From Nemertoderma westbladi (lineage: Eukaryota > Animalia > Xenacoelomorpha), in contig JAUCBJ010001293.1 in assembly GCA_032718475.1 (NCBI GenBank), positions 3,432 to 67,431 of the forward strand: a stretch of DNA of 64,000 nucleotides. The letters run 5' to 3'. Positions within the stretch are counted from its first letter, which is position 1. Each line of letters begins with the position of its first letter. Below are positions 24,713 through 39,600 of this stretch, piece by piece. Under the pieces are notes generated by a model, which was not told where the DNA came from, did not search any database, and worked only from the letters and a program-made list of their open reading frames with translations. A program made the translations under genes and the position numbers.

Positions 24713-27700
24713 GTCTACGTTTTTTTTTGGAACTTTTACGATGATTTTCATTTATTTTAGCTACGCGTTATTCTCTCATTGACATAGATTACGGGTTTAT
24801 TATTATATTTTGATACACTACTATGTACTGTTAGTTTTTGCTTAAGGAATACAGTGTATTTCCCAATTGATTGTGTGTTTTTAGGTCTGCGTACCTGCGA
24901 TTTATTATTTATTGCACTGCCAAACCAAAATCGCTATGTAATCTTCCCCTTTGCTATGGCAACAAACGGTATATAGTTAGAAGGATAAAAATACATTTGG
25001 TTGCTCAGGGAGATATCCTATTTATTATATTGACTTGCCCAAATCAGATAGAATTTCTTAAACTTGTTTTTTATGTTTTCAACTTCTGAAGCGTTTCCTG
25101 ATGGGTTTAGTGTTTTGGTTTGTAGTTCTCCGATTGTAGATTAATTTATTTAGTATCCAAAACAATTCGGCATTGGAATTAGCTGAATTAATAAGAATCT
25201 TGGCAATAATTAATTAATATACATTTGACGTAGACTTTATGTCTATCTTAAGACTAAATTTAACTTTCAGTCCAGAATTAAATGTTTACCAAACCTAAAA
25301 TTATAACAGACCCATTATTTTGCGGAGTACCGGTATTTGTAGTTTTGATCTCAATTTTATTCAGCGGATTTCTTAAATTCGTTTAGGGTGTCCTTCGTCG
25401 TTTGTTCATATTTTCCTACAGAGTACTTATTTATTGTCAGTTACTATAAGCATCGAGTTGCATTTTATTTCGATTGTTACCATTATGGCACAGCCACTTA
25501 CGTTATGGCACTGGTCATGGCGTGTTATCTAGCTTATTGGAATTAATCTAAAAATGAAAAGGTCTTCTACTACTAGACTTATTGTCTTATTCGCATATCA
25601 ATTACTTTCCTAATAAAATAAATTTTTGTGATAATATTTCGTGGTGAGCATTTGCTACTGCCATGACAACATCTAAATAATCTAATTAATTAAACGTTGT
25701 GTCGCACATTGTGTAATAATTTTGTGTATATTTTGGTCCATACACCAATCATATCGGAGATGTTATGTTCTGTTATTGTTCGTAAAAAAAAACATACAAA
25801 GGTACAGTTCGGTTCCGTGGATGCCGTGTTTTTTTGTTATCCCTTTCAACTTTGTGCATTACGTAATGTTTTATTTCAATCCTTGTAGTTATTTATTAGA
25901 TGATCACATTTATTTATAAATATATATATTGCGTCATGCCGCATGATCAAAATCTGATATACATTAGTAACCACCAGCAACCCAACCCCCCCCCCCCCCC
26001 CATCCCCTGTAGAACCCCCTTAACTATGGCTCCATAATTTCCTTACTCCAGACACCTTTTATTCTGAATGAATTATTTACAAAGCAGCTGTTATCTTTCA
26101 TTGTGATCTCATTTGCGCAATAATTACCCCTTGCAGAGTATTCACCTGCACGGTAGTTAGTTCATTTGCCAGAACGTCATTCATTGTGAAGATAATTAGT
26201 ATCAACGTCAACACTGGTTTAACTAGCCGGAGGTTTGGTGTTCTAAATCAACCGATTACATGTTGGTTATGGAAGGAAATCCATGCCATCATGGCATGGA
26301 TTTATTTAGCTCATGTTCTATCAGACATAATTATAGTTTTATAATAAAACTCTCTCGGTATGGGTTCAATAAATACTAATTAATAATAAGAGAGTTTATG
26401 TTGTCTTGTCTACTTACATTATCTACCCATCTCATCAAGAAATAATTACTTTCTTATCTCAATATGATATATAATAATAGTTGAACTCTTGTGTTTGTAA
26501 GCAACCGGAGGGGGTATTGAACATTGGGGCATAAACTGACTGCCCATTAGCTTTTTATTTGGCCAAATGAGCGATATCCCGCTTAGTAATTCAATATGCG
26601 ACAAGTTATATGCGCTGCGGTTGGTTTCTACGTATAAGTCGTTCTAAAAAATATGTTTCTTAGAAATTAACGTTGATTTGTTGTTCGGTTAATAATGTCT
26701 TACCAACATAGAACACCGCTGGGCTCCGATCTCAGATAACATTCTCACAATCTGTTAGATAACGCGTTGCCCCTAAATAATGTCGTTATCGATTTGCTTA
26801 TGGGTTGGCCGGTAGATTCTGAGTACCAGAGCTTCTACTGTACACCGAATTACACAAGTAAAGAGCCCCAGGGTAACTCCAATATGGGTTGCAAATTCCT
26901 GAACCCAGGTTAACGCTCTCTCCTTAGCTTTCTGCCTCCCTGTAGAACCGAAATTCCATGAAGATTTGTAGCCCAGGAGGTTCGCATCACCTCATAAACG
27001 GTGATTAGGGTTGCTTCAATGGGCACCGAAGGGCCCATGTTCGCCCCAAACAGCATGAGGTTTTGACGTCGATTCGATTTATAGCAACCAAGCGCAATGA
27101 AAATGTTGACCCGTTTTCCAGAAGATAAGGAAATGTCATCTTTTGTAAATGGAAATAAACTCTAGTCCAGTAATTGGATTTTTATCGAATTTCCTCGTGA
27201 CATAAGGGTTGTGGAATGTGTACAATGCAGAAAATCTTCGAACTACATCCACCAGGCAACCATTAGTGCTTCCAATTGTTCCTAATCGAACACACATGGT
27301 TGTTAGTAGCAATAATAATATGCAGATATAAGCTGCAGTTATGTTTTTATTGCATGCCATTGTATGATTACTATGTGAGAGTGAGCGTGATTGTGAACTG
27401 GAATGGAATGAAATGCTAATAGGAGATGATGGATGGGTAATGTTTTGAGACATTCTACAGACGAGACTGTATTAACTGAAAAATATAAACCATATGTTTT
27501 CAATGACTGGGTTCAATCAATCAATACTTGGTTTGGTCGGTAAACTTTGAACATTTTCTATGTGTTTGTGGAGTTCCCAATATCGGCGACACGTTCACCA
27601 TGTGGTATATATTGCTCGCAGCTACTTAATGGATATTATATTTTGTGCCTTATATAAATAGCTAACGGTAACAGATCCATTGAACGCCGTCCGTCCTTCC

Positions 27701-30254
27701 GTATATTGGGCGTCTCGTCTAAGCTCGACCCAATGAACCTACATGTAGAGCTAATAATAGGCCCATGATAAGTGGGCGAGTAGAATGGAGGTCATGGACC
27801 CAGATAACGGTTTTACATGATTCTCTAGGCTCCCTCGCACGCGTTACTGCAGCCACAATAGGCATCTCTAGGCGACTAGTAAATCGCCGCTGGCGCCATA
27901 GGGCATTCGATCCGCCCGTCATCCCGACTGCATCGGCGCCATTGGTAACCACGTACTTACTGCCCTTGTAGGCAGCCAACAAACACTTCAACACTTGTAA
28001 TTATGTGGTTCGACGACCTTTTATCTGACCTCATTCGCTACAGAGAATAGGCCCTGTTGCCCCTGGCATACAACTTATCACTATCCCAGCTTCTCAACAC
28101 CCAAGTTAATCTTTTTTGCTTTGAGGGATTGTAGCAATCAATGACCCCATTAAATAATTGGAAAATTCCTCGGTTCTGCAACTCAGATCACAGGTGACAA
28201 TATTGTTTTTTTTCTCCAGAGTTAACGTTTAATCTAGTTGATGGCAACTGATTGATAGAATCCCTTAGAGCTCTCTTTCTGCTCGTTTAGTCGTTTATTG
28301 TTTCGCAATTCTCAATCAACGCAGCGGTGAAAACAAACTTACTCGCTCATATGAGTGAGTCACTATATTCTGTTCTGTATACTAGCAAGTCTCACTTTGT
28401 TCAAGGAAAGGACGTTATACGCTAATTCGAGGCAATCGTACGCCACACAATAGGTATAACTTGTTGTCAGCGAAACATTTTGACAACTCCAGCTCATTCA
28501 ATTCTACCACCTAAAAGCTCTTGAGTTAGTTGAGTTACTTTGTATACTGCTAATTTAACTTTTATCGCGCCTTAAAATAGAATATAGGCAGGCCCTTATT
28601 AAAGATGACTTGTGTCCTAATTAGTTTAGACTATTCAATCTAAACCGGGCGCCTAAAAACTGCATAACGATTTGTTTTGTATTGCCAATGTCCCTGGCTC
28701 TATAGTTAGACTCTCAAGGTTCAAGTATCTTTGCCTCACGGACGCAACAAACTACTCAATTAACTGGCTCACACAATGTCCCACCCAAAGTAGCGCACTC
28801 CAATAAACCTTTAAGATTGTTTATAAAAATATATGTGTCGTGTATTGGGTATTGAGCGTTAACGACCCAATCACCAATAATACCATATGTTACCGTGACA
28901 ATAATTACTTATAACATTAATGTAGTTAACCCGCGCTGATACTTCAAGGGAGATTTAATTTCGATTTGGTTGTGGCTTAAATGAATCCATGATATAACGC
29001 ATTCAGCCTATAGATTCATTGTCTTCCGGCCCCGTGTCCTTGTTTCCGCTCATTGGTCACGCATTTGGGCAGTGCGTCACCACCGTAATCACACGCACGG
29101 CCTTACTTAATGCCCATTGCGGTTACTAATGCGTATATATATATACTGCCAATACCACGGCGGGGTATCTATGGCTGTACGTACGTGCCAGCTGCAGGGC
29201 CGCTTTGTGCTTGTTTCACACGTAATTTTATCGTTCCAGTAATTCCCTAGCTTTGTCCGCGAATGGTACCAGTTACTTGCACAGTTATTTTCGGAGGCCT
29301 TCAATTTATTTGCACGTGGAAATGGACTGTAATCAGGTTGGGAAACCATCTTTGAGCCGACACAACCTACGCTTCTTACATCCGAGGTAATTTACTCTTA
29401 TTTCGGAGGTAGAATTCTGGCTTCCTGCTGCGTGTGCCTCCAAGCCGATATTGGATTAGGCTACGATGTGTGTTGTGGTTCCGCGCTGTTGTAGGAGGGG
29501 TGGCCCATTTGAGGCGCTTCCATTCTACCACTAGGATGGGGTCTCGCTAACAGGGCCACACTCTCCCACTCACCTCGTTAGCCGTACTTCGGTTATTAGA
29601 TTGAGAAAATACCGTCCCATTAAGTTCATTAGGTATTCGAACCCCCTTCAAGAATCCCCTTATAAATGAAGTCACAGTATTCACTGAGGTTTTAATTATT
29701 TAAACTAGTGGACCGTTAAGTATGCTGAATCACGATATAATAAAGTTACAAACCTTATAAGAGTATCACAGGACGCTCCATTCCCTTTTTGTGGCAAAAT
29801 GATGTTTAAAGACACATTTTAACGTTTCCCAAACTACGAAAGCATCAATCATGATTCTTTTACGCTGAATTCTACTATTATTACGATGTTAATGAAATGA
29901 TATTCAAAGTTTCCTATAGAGTCCTGCATCATTGCATGACAAAAAGTAGTACTTTTTATATAATATTATGATGTTTTTAATGTTACCACGCTGTTTATAT
30001 AAATTGCACATTTCATACTAAACTATTTAGATTAGTTGGTCTAAATATGATATCCCACTCCATAGCGAAATATTCATCCGATCTGATAGCTCAGTACACA
30101 CACCCGGCTGATGATAACCGGAAGTTTGAACACTATGGAGAGCATTATCATATTGTCCTATTTATTACATTGTATATTTAAATTCACCGTCACTCACCCC
30201 ACAACAATTCATTTATTATTATTCATTAACAGCCTGGGCCAGGCATACGGGGTT

Positions 30255-31218
30255 ACAGTGGTTTCTACAACTGTTTCCTTAAGGAATGCCTGGTGATTTT
30301 CCACAGTAAACCCTTCCACTCTGTTTCCTAAAGGCATGCCTTTTCACCACCATGGGTGATCTTCCACAGTTAACCTTTCCACTCTGTTTCCTAAAGGAAT
30401 GCCCTCTTACCACCATGGGTGATCTTCCACAGTAAACTCTTCCACTCTGTTTCCCAAAGGAATGCCTGTCCACCACTATGGGTGATCTTCCACAGTAAAC
30501 CCTCCACTCTGTTTCCTAAAGGCCTGCCTATTCACCACCATGGGTGATCTTCCACAGTAAACCCTTCCACTCTGTTTCATAAAGGAATGCCTGTTCACCA
30601 ATCCACCATATGGGTGATCTTTCACAGTAAACCCTTCCACTGTTTCCTAAAGGAATGTCTGTTCACCACCATTGGTTATCTTCCACAGTAAACACTTCCA
30701 CTCTGTTTTCTAAATGCCTGCATGTTCACCGCCATGGGTGATCTTCCACAGTAACCCCTTCCACTCTGTTTCCTAAAGGAATGCCTGTCCACAACCATGG
30801 GTGATCTTCCACAGTAAACACTTCCACTCTGTTTCCTAAAGGAATGCCTGCTCACCACCATGGGTGATCTTCCACAGTAAACCCTCCACTCTGTTTCCTA
30901 AAAGCCTGCCTGTTCACCACCATGGGTGATCTTCCACAATAAACCCTTCCACTCTGTTTCCTAAAGGAATGCCTGTTCACCAATCCACCATGGGTGATCT
31001 TCCACAGTAAACCCTTCCACTGTTTCCTAAAGGAATGTCTGTTCACCACCATTGGTTATCTTCCACAGTAAACCCTTGCACTCTGTTTTCTGAAAGCCTG
31101 TCTGTTCACCACCATGGGTGATTTTCCACAGTAAACCCTTCCACTCTGTTTCCTAAAGGCGTGCCTATTCATCGCCATGGGTGATCTTCCACAATAAACC
31201 ATTCCACTCTGTTTCCCA
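30255..31218. repeat. ~63-bp minisatellite (caccaccatgggtgatcttccacagtaaacccttccactctgtttcctaaaggaatgcctgtt), ~15 copies
   Basis: Period measured at 30351 -> 30414. Confidence 0.95.
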
Positions 31219-32424
31219 AGTAGCCTTGGTTCCCATTTATCGAGCAGTGAAGGATGAAAGCCTCAGGTCTGTACAGCATTTAAAGCACTGGGCCCAAACA
31301 GTTCTTTTTAACAATAACGATTATCTAATCTTATATTTTGAAATACGTGACTTCGTTTGATTACTTATATATACCGAAGTTAGTAACAGAACATTGGCTT
31401 CCGTTTGTAGTAGTTGGCAACCCCGCTTACAGATCAATAATTTATTCCGATCTCCATCTCCAATTCGGGTTTAGCTATAATCTCCGCGATTGTAATTCAA
31501 CCGGGGGACACATATTATATTCTCAATGAGTTCGGAAAACATATCAACATAAAAGGTGGTCGGGTGACCGGTGAAGCCCGGGTTAGGGATAGTGATTAGT
31601 AATCTTTAGGTCAGTTTATTACCTTGTATGGTACCTGGAGTGTAGCTGAGTATTTAAGGATAATACTAAATCGTGACAACAGATAAATATTTGGGACGTA
31701 AAAACGTATTGTATGTAGTGAAAACAGTAGAAAACAGATCTACAGTATATCAGATAAAAAAACCGTTTGGTAAATATAGAATTGAATTAAGTTAGCCTAT
31801 TATAATAGGCTAGATTTACCATTCATTCTCTGGGGTTGAGTGGATTGGGTCCTTTGGTCTGGTGTCAAATGGGTCTAGTCCACTTTTTTAAATTCCAGAA
31901 GTTCCGTCTAACGAGGTAAAAATTAACCTACTTATTGTCTATATATCACTGTCATCCATTTTCAAGATCCCCAACTATAACATGGTTATAAAACAGCATA
32001 TTATTGACAATATTAATTGACCAATATACGCGTACAATAAGGACCCCCTTGGAAATAAGCTGCAAAGCTTTAGGGGTAATCCTATATGTTATGTTGGACA
32101 ATACCTTTATACCGGTACATTGTTTGGTGTATTTGTTATTGTTTTTACATAATGTATAAATAAATCTATCTATCTACAATATACATCATTACTAATTTAA
32201 TAATTATCAGTAACTACAGTACTGTCGTAGATATTTGAGATGAGATTGGTGTAGTAAACTTATTAATTAACTGTACTGATACTGGCAGGATACTGGCGGG
32301 TAGTAATTAACGATTAATATATTTAGGTTATAAATTTACACCATGTCTTAACATAGATAAGTTTTACCTCACTCCTAGTTTGTGGGTGAGCCAGAATTGT
32401 TATTTTCGCTTTCAATCTTTAAGT

Positions 32425-33450
32425 GTTTGAAAAAAGTGTCTCCGGCAACATTGCACCAGTCGTACTGCAGTTATTCTCCAATCTAGTAATATGTTGATAG
32501 CATTGGAAAACTGGTCATGCAAGGATTCCAAATATGTAAAAAATATTTGCATTTGGTTGGGAAATAGCTCAGTTATGGGCATTCGAAAGTATTTGTATTA
32601 TATTTTATTCCGCTGGCATGCCATGTATTCTATTTAATAAAATACACAATATTCTGGAACATTTTGTTTATGTAAGAATATCTACTTACCACAAGAAGGT
32701 GTACTATAATTATTTATTGCATGGCAAAAGGAGTACTCCAGGTAGGTAGCCATGGGGAAAATGTATAACTTTCTTTCATTATTCTCGAGGCATTTTATTT
32801 ACCGAGCATTAGCGAGGTTAATAATGGGTCGATACTTTTTGTTGCTCATTTCTTTAATAAAACATAGAGCGATATAACGTTACAAAATAAATTGAACTGC
32901 AGTATTTTACTTTATTGCTTCCATAGTTACTGCGATTCCAATTATTGTACTCTTCAACTCCTGATGCTGCCTTACTCAATGTTAAATAATTTGGTATTCT
33001 CGAATATGTATTACGTGAGAGCCGCTTAACAGCATATCCGTTTTGGAGTGGGCCTAGGCCGCGCAGACACTAAATGTGCAATAACTTTTGAGTGCGTGCA
33101 GGATTTTTGGTCAAATTACCTGCAAACCTTTTCTTCGTCCATGCTCTTTCAACACATGTAATAAAATTTGAGAAATTCCACCACGAGTTGTTGTTGACAG
33201 TAAGACAGCTGACTTCTAGAACATTATGTATTTAATAAATAGAACAAATAAATAGCCAGCAGCGGAAGCAAATACATGCAACTTTGGAATGCCCATATCT
33301 CAGCTATTTCTCAACCAAATTCAAATATGTTTACATATTTTAAGTCCTTGCACATTCCACGGCCAGCTATCCATTGCTACCAAATCACAATAAGATTGAA
33401 GAATAACTGCAATACGACTGGTGCAATATCACCTGAAACATTTTTTAATG
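32425..33450. mobile_element. Old MITE with ~165-bp diverged inverted arms
   Basis: attgcaccagtcgtactgcagttattct...gaaatagctcagttatgggcattcgaaagt vs actttggaatgcccatatctcagctatttc...agaataactgcaatacgactggtgcaat. Confidence 0.7.
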
Positions 33451-33473
33451 CTTTTTTGTAGCCCTGGGGTAGG

Positions 33474-33613
33474 GAGGGGGGGGGGGGGGGGGGGGGGGCA
33501 GGTACCTGAATAACGACACTATATTCCAGGACATTGTGTATATGGGATGGAGGGGGGGGGGGGGGGGGGGGGGCAGGTAGGTACCTGAATAACGACACTA
33601 TATTCCAGGACAT
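33474..33613. repeat. Two poly-G tracts, each followed by a duplicated 35-bp unit (aggtacctgaataacgacactatattccaggacat)
   Basis: Direct tandem duplication visible in the sequence. Confidence 0.85.
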
Positions 33614-34841
33614 GGTGTATTTGGTATTGTTTTTTAATGTGCTGTATTATTGCGAGAGTTATATCAAATTTTTAACAACACGTATGTGGGAGCGAGCATA
33701 CGTGTCAAATATAAATTTAAGTCAAGATATTAAATCTTTGACAATAAAGAAATACTTCATTAACCTCATTATATAAACAGTGTCATTCCGTCCCTTGGTT
33801 AGGTGACTGCATTTTATCCAAATTAATTGAAGTTTGGATACCTTTATACTGTACAATAGGTTGATGAAAAATTACAAATAAATTTTTCAAAATTTTTAAT
33901 TTTTTACCTAAATAACATTTATGCCATTATTATTTATTAAATGCAAACGATCTTAGATGGATTGTCTTCAAGTACCCAAAATTTCATCACTTGTGCACAA
34001 TGGGGTCATGAAACGACTGTATTACCAGAATTTCGATAAATGCTAAATGTTTAAAAATTATTTGATAAAAAAACAATTTTTTGACACATTTTGCCATTTT
34101 GACATTTTTTTACATATTTTTCAGCAATCACAAACAAATTGAAAAAAAATTGTAATAGGTTTTAAGCATCACCCATTCATCATACTTACCAAATTCCACG
34201 CGAATTCGTTTATTTTTGGAAAAGCCTTTGCAATTTGAAATTTATAAATTGCATTCGGCAGAAAAAGCACCTAAAGTTTATGGTAAGGGTAATTGAATTA
34301 AGTCCGTCCATTGCAATGTTAGAATGCACACAACAACCCAGCTGAAACTTTTGTTGCAAGTGTTTCGGGTTAATTCTGATGACACTTTTCTCATTTGACA
34401 GCGTCTTGTAAAAAATAAAAATGAACTATGAAAATAAACTAAAAAAAAAAACTATAACCGACAGCTTAACAGAGAAACAGACAATGTGGACCTTCCCTTA
34501 TATTTTTACAGACACACCGACCGACAGACTTAATCGACTTCGCCAAAAAAGAACACTGACATCGGAAATAAAAGCAGCGACCAGGAAAACCACAACAAAT
34601 AATACGTTTTAGCTAGTTGGTGTATGTTCTTATATTTTTGCAGACAGATCGTCAAACGGACAGACAGACTGACATAGAGACAATAGTTTTCGTTAAACGT
34701 GAAAACTGACGTTCTGATTGAAATCTGCGATCAGAATGAACCCCCATAACAAAACTTTGAGCTAGGATGAATGACAGACAAACCGTCAGAAACACAATCC
34801 CAGACAGACACTTAAACAGAGTATGGTTACCATTATTACTC

Positions 34842-36588
34842 ATGGGTGTAAACGTTACACCGACAGCAGAGAACCGACAGCAGACAACCGATAGAAGACA
34901 ACCGAAAGCAGATAACCGACGGTTTTCACTTTTCGGTCTATATATATATACCGGTATATGAAGAATTTGTATTTGTTTTAAGTATATGGTGTATTTATTA
35001 AATAGAATATAATAGCCCAGCGCTGATCGAAACCATGCAACTTTTGAACACCCGCCTCAGCTATTTTTCAACTGCTGTTGGTTATCTGCTGTCGGTTGTC
35101 TGCTTTCTGTTGTCTGCTGTTGGTTATCTGCTGTTGGCTGTCGGTTGTCTGCTGTCGGTTGTTGCTGTCGGTCAGTCTGCTGTCGGTTGTCTGCTGTCGG
35201 TTGTCTACTGCTCGGTTGTCTGCTGTCGGTTGTTCTGCTTGTCGGTTGTCTGCTGTCGGTTGTCTGCTGTCGGTTGTCTGCTGTCTGTTGTCTGCTGTCG
35301 GTTTCTGCTGTCTGGCTGTCGGTTGTCTGCTGTCGATTGGTTATGCTGTCGGTTGTCAGCTGTCGGGTTGTCTGCTGTCACTGTCGGTTGTCTGCTGTCG
35401 GTTGTCTGCTGTCGGTTGTCTGCTGTCGGTTGTCTGCTGTCGGTTGTCTATGCTGTCAGCTGTCGGTTGTCTGCTGTCGGTTGTCTGCTGTCGGTTGTCT
35501 GCTGTCGGTTGTCTGCTGTCGGTTGTCCTGTCGGTGTCGGTTGTCTGCTGTCGGTTGTTACTGTCGAGTTGTCTGCTGCCGGTTGTCTGCTGTCGGTTGT
35601 CTGCTGTCGGTTGTCTGCTGTCGGTTGTCTGCTGTTGGCTGTCGGTTGTCTGCTGTCGTTTATCTGCTGTCGGTTGTCAGCTGTCGGTTGTCTGCTGTCG
35701 GTTGTCTGCTGTCGGTTGTCTGCTGTCGGTTATCTGCTGTCGGTTGTCTGCTGTCGGTTGTCTGCTGTCGGTTGTCTGCTGTCAGTTGTCAGCTGTATGC
35801 TGCGTTGTCATGCTGTCGGTTGTCTGCTGTCGGTTGTCTGCTGTCGGTTGTCTGCTGTCGGTTGTCTCTGTCGGTTGTCTGCTGTCCGTTGTCTACTGTC
35901 GTTGTCTGCTGTCGGTTGTCTGCTGTCGGTTGTCTGCTGCCGGTTGTCTGCTGTCGGTTGTCAGCTGTCGGTTGTCTGCTGTCGTTTATCTGCTGTCAGT
36001 TGTCAGCTGTGGGTTGTCTGCTGTCAGTTTTCAGCTGTCGGTTGTCTGCTTCGTTGCAGCTGTCGGTTATCATGCTGTCGGTTGTCTGCTGTCGGTTGTC
36101 TGCTGTCGGTTGTCTGCTGTCAGTTGTCAGGTACGGTTGTCCACTGTCGGTTGTCTGCTGCCGGTTGTCTGCTGTCGGTTGTCTGCTGTCGGTTGTTTGC
36201 TGTCGGTTGTCAGCTGTCGGTTGTCTGCTGTCGGTTGTCTGCTGTCGGTTATATGTTGACGGTTGTCTGCTACCGGTTGTCTGCTGTCGGTTGTCTGCTG
36301 TCGGTTTTCTGCTGTCGGTTGTCTGCTGTCGGTTGTCTAATGTCGGTTTTCAGCTGTCGGTTGTCTGCTGTCGGTTATCTGCTGTCTGTTATATGCTGTC
36401 GGTTGTCTGCAGTCGGTTGTCTGCTGTCGGTTGTCTGCTGTCGGTTGTCTGCTGTCGGTTGTCTGCTGTCGGTTGTATGCTGTCGGTTGTCTACTGTCGG
36501 TTATCAGCTGTCGGTTGTCTGCTGTTGGTTGGCTGCTGTCGGTTGTATGCTGTAGGTTGTCTGCTGCCGGAGTGACGTTTACACCCAT
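34842..36588. mobile_element. TIR element whose right arm has expanded a 14-bp subterminal repeat (gctgtcggttgtct)n to ~1.5 kb
   Basis: atgggtgtaaacgttacaccgacagcaga (34842) vs tctgctgccggagtgacgtttacacccat (36588). Four inverted units in the left arm, ~100 in the right (35073-36568). Confidence 0.85.
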
Positions 36589-36659
36589 CACTTTGTTTCC
36601 AATATTAGTGGACATGTTATTTATGGTTCGATTGGAAATTTTCTGTAGCCTACTTCCAT

Positions 36660-39600
36660 CCACCCATCTGACCCCACACTACCCATTTTACGGTAGGTAC
36701 ACTATACCCATTTGACCCCACACTATACCTATTTGACCCCACACTATGCCCATTTGACCCTACACTATACCCATTTGACCCCACACTATACCAATTTGAC
36801 CCTACACTATACCCATTTGACCCTACACTATACCCATTTGACCCTACACTATACCCATTTGATACTACACTATACCCATTTGAACCTACACTATGCCCAT
36901 TTGACCCTACACTATACCCATTTGACCCCACATTATACCCATTTGACCCTTAACTATACCCATTTGATACTACACTATACCCATTTGATACTACACTATA
37001 CCCATTTGACCCTACACTATACCCATTGGACCCCACACTTCAATACCCATTTGACCCTACACTATACCCATTTGACCCCATACTATACCCATTTGACCCT
37101 ACACTATACCCATTTGATACTACACTATACCCAATTGACCCTACACTATACCCATTTGACCCTACACTATACACATTTGATACTACACTATACCCATTTG
37201 ACCCTACACTATACCCATTTGACCCTACACTATCCCCATTTGACCCTACACTATACCCATTTGATACTACACTATACCCATTTGACCCTACACTATACCC
37301 ATTGGACCCCACACTTCAATACCCATTTGACCCTACACTATACCCATTTGATACTACACTATACCCATTTGACCCTACACTATACCCATTGGACCCCACA
37401 CTTCAATACCCATTTGACCCTACAATATACCCATTTGACCCTACACTATACCCATTTGACCCTACACTATACCCATTTGACCCTACACTATACCCATTCG
37501 ACCCTACACTATACCCATTTGATACTACACTATACCCATTTGACCCTACACTATACCCATTCGACCCCACACTATACCCATTTGACCCCACAATATACCC
37601 ATTTGACCCTACACTATACCCATTCGACCCTACACTATACCCATTTGACCCCACACTATACCCATTTGACCCTACACTATACCCATTTGACCCCACACTA
37701 TACCCATTTGACCCCACACTATACCCATTTGACCCTACACTATACCCATTCGACCCCACACTATACCCATTTGACCCCACACTATACCCATTTGATACTA
37801 CACTATACCCATTTGACCCTACACTATACCCATTTGACCCTACACTATACCCATTTGACCCTACACTATACCCATTCGACCCCACACTATACCCATTTGA
37901 CCCCACAATATACCCATTTGACCCTACACTATACCCATTTGACCCTACACTATACCCATTTGACCCTACACTATGCCCATTTGACCCTACACTATACCCA
38001 TTTACCCCACACTATACCCATTTGACCCTACACTATGCCCATTTGACCCTACACCTACACTATACCCATTTGACCTCACACTATACCCATTTGACCCTAC
38101 ACTATACCCATTTACCCCACACTATACCCATTTGACCCTACACTATGCCCATTTGACCCTACACCTACACTATACCCATTTGACCTCACACTATACCCAT
38201 TTGACCCTACACTATACCCATTTGATACTACACTATACCCATTTGATACTACACTATAACCATTTGACCCTACACTATGCCCATTTGACCCTACACTATA
38301 CACATTTGATACTACACTATAACCATTTGACCCTACACTATGCCCATTTGACCCTACACTATACCCATTTACCCCACACTATACCCATTTGACCCTACAC
38401 TATGCCCATTTGACCCTACACCTACACTATACCCATTTGACCTCACACTATACCCATTTGACCCTACACTATACCCATTTACCCCACACTATACCCATTT
38501 GACCCTACACTATGCCCATTTGACCCTACACCTACACTATACCCATTTGACCTCACACTATACCCATTTGACCCTACACTATACCCATTTGATACTACAC
38601 TATACCCATTTGATACTACACTATAACCATTTGACCCTACACTATGCCCATTTGACCCTACACTATACCCATTTACCCCACACTATACCCATTTGACCCT
38701 ACACTATACCCATTTGATACTACACTATACCCATTTGATACTACACTATACCCATTTGACCCTACACTATACCCATTGGACCCCACACTTCAATACCCAT
38801 TTGACCCTACAATATTCCCATTTGACCCCACACTATACCTATTTGATACTACACTATACCCATTCGACCCCACACTATACCCATTTGACCCTACACTATA
38901 CCCATTCGACCCCACACTACACCCATTTGACCCTACACTATACCCATTTGACCCTACACTATACCCATTTGACCCTACACTATACCCATTTGACCCTACA
39001 CTATACCCATTCGACCCCACACTATACCCATTTGACCCTACACTATACCCATTAGACCCTACACTATACCCATTTGACCCTACACTATACCCATTTGACC
39101 CTACACTATACCCATTTGACCCTACACTATACCCATTTGACCCTACACTATACCCATTCGACCCCACACTATACCCATTTGACCCTAGACTATACCCATT
39201 AGACCCTACACTATACCCATTTGACCCTACACTATACCCATTTGACCCTACACTATACCCATTTGACCCTACACTATACCCATTCGACCCCACACTATAC
39301 CCATTTGACCCTACACTATACCCATTCGACCCCACACTACACCCATTTGACCCTACACTATACCCATTTGACCCTACACTATACCCATTTGACCCTACAC
39401 TATACCCATTTGACCCTACACTATACCCATTCGACCCCACACTATACCCATTTGACCCTAGACTATACCCATTAGACCCTACACTATACCCATTTGACCC
39501 TACACTATACCCATTTGACCCTACACTATACCCATTTGACCCTACACTATACCCATTCGACCCTACACTATACCCATTCGACCCCACACTATACCCATTT

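Noticed and set aside
30255-31218. CRISPR-like appearance of this array and of the 65-bp array at 6843-8328
   Set aside because: Whole units repeat with no unique spacers; no cas genes; eukaryotic context.
35035-36575. Cys/Leu/Val-rich ORFs in all three + frames
   Set aside because: Translation of the 14-bp repeat inside a TIR element.
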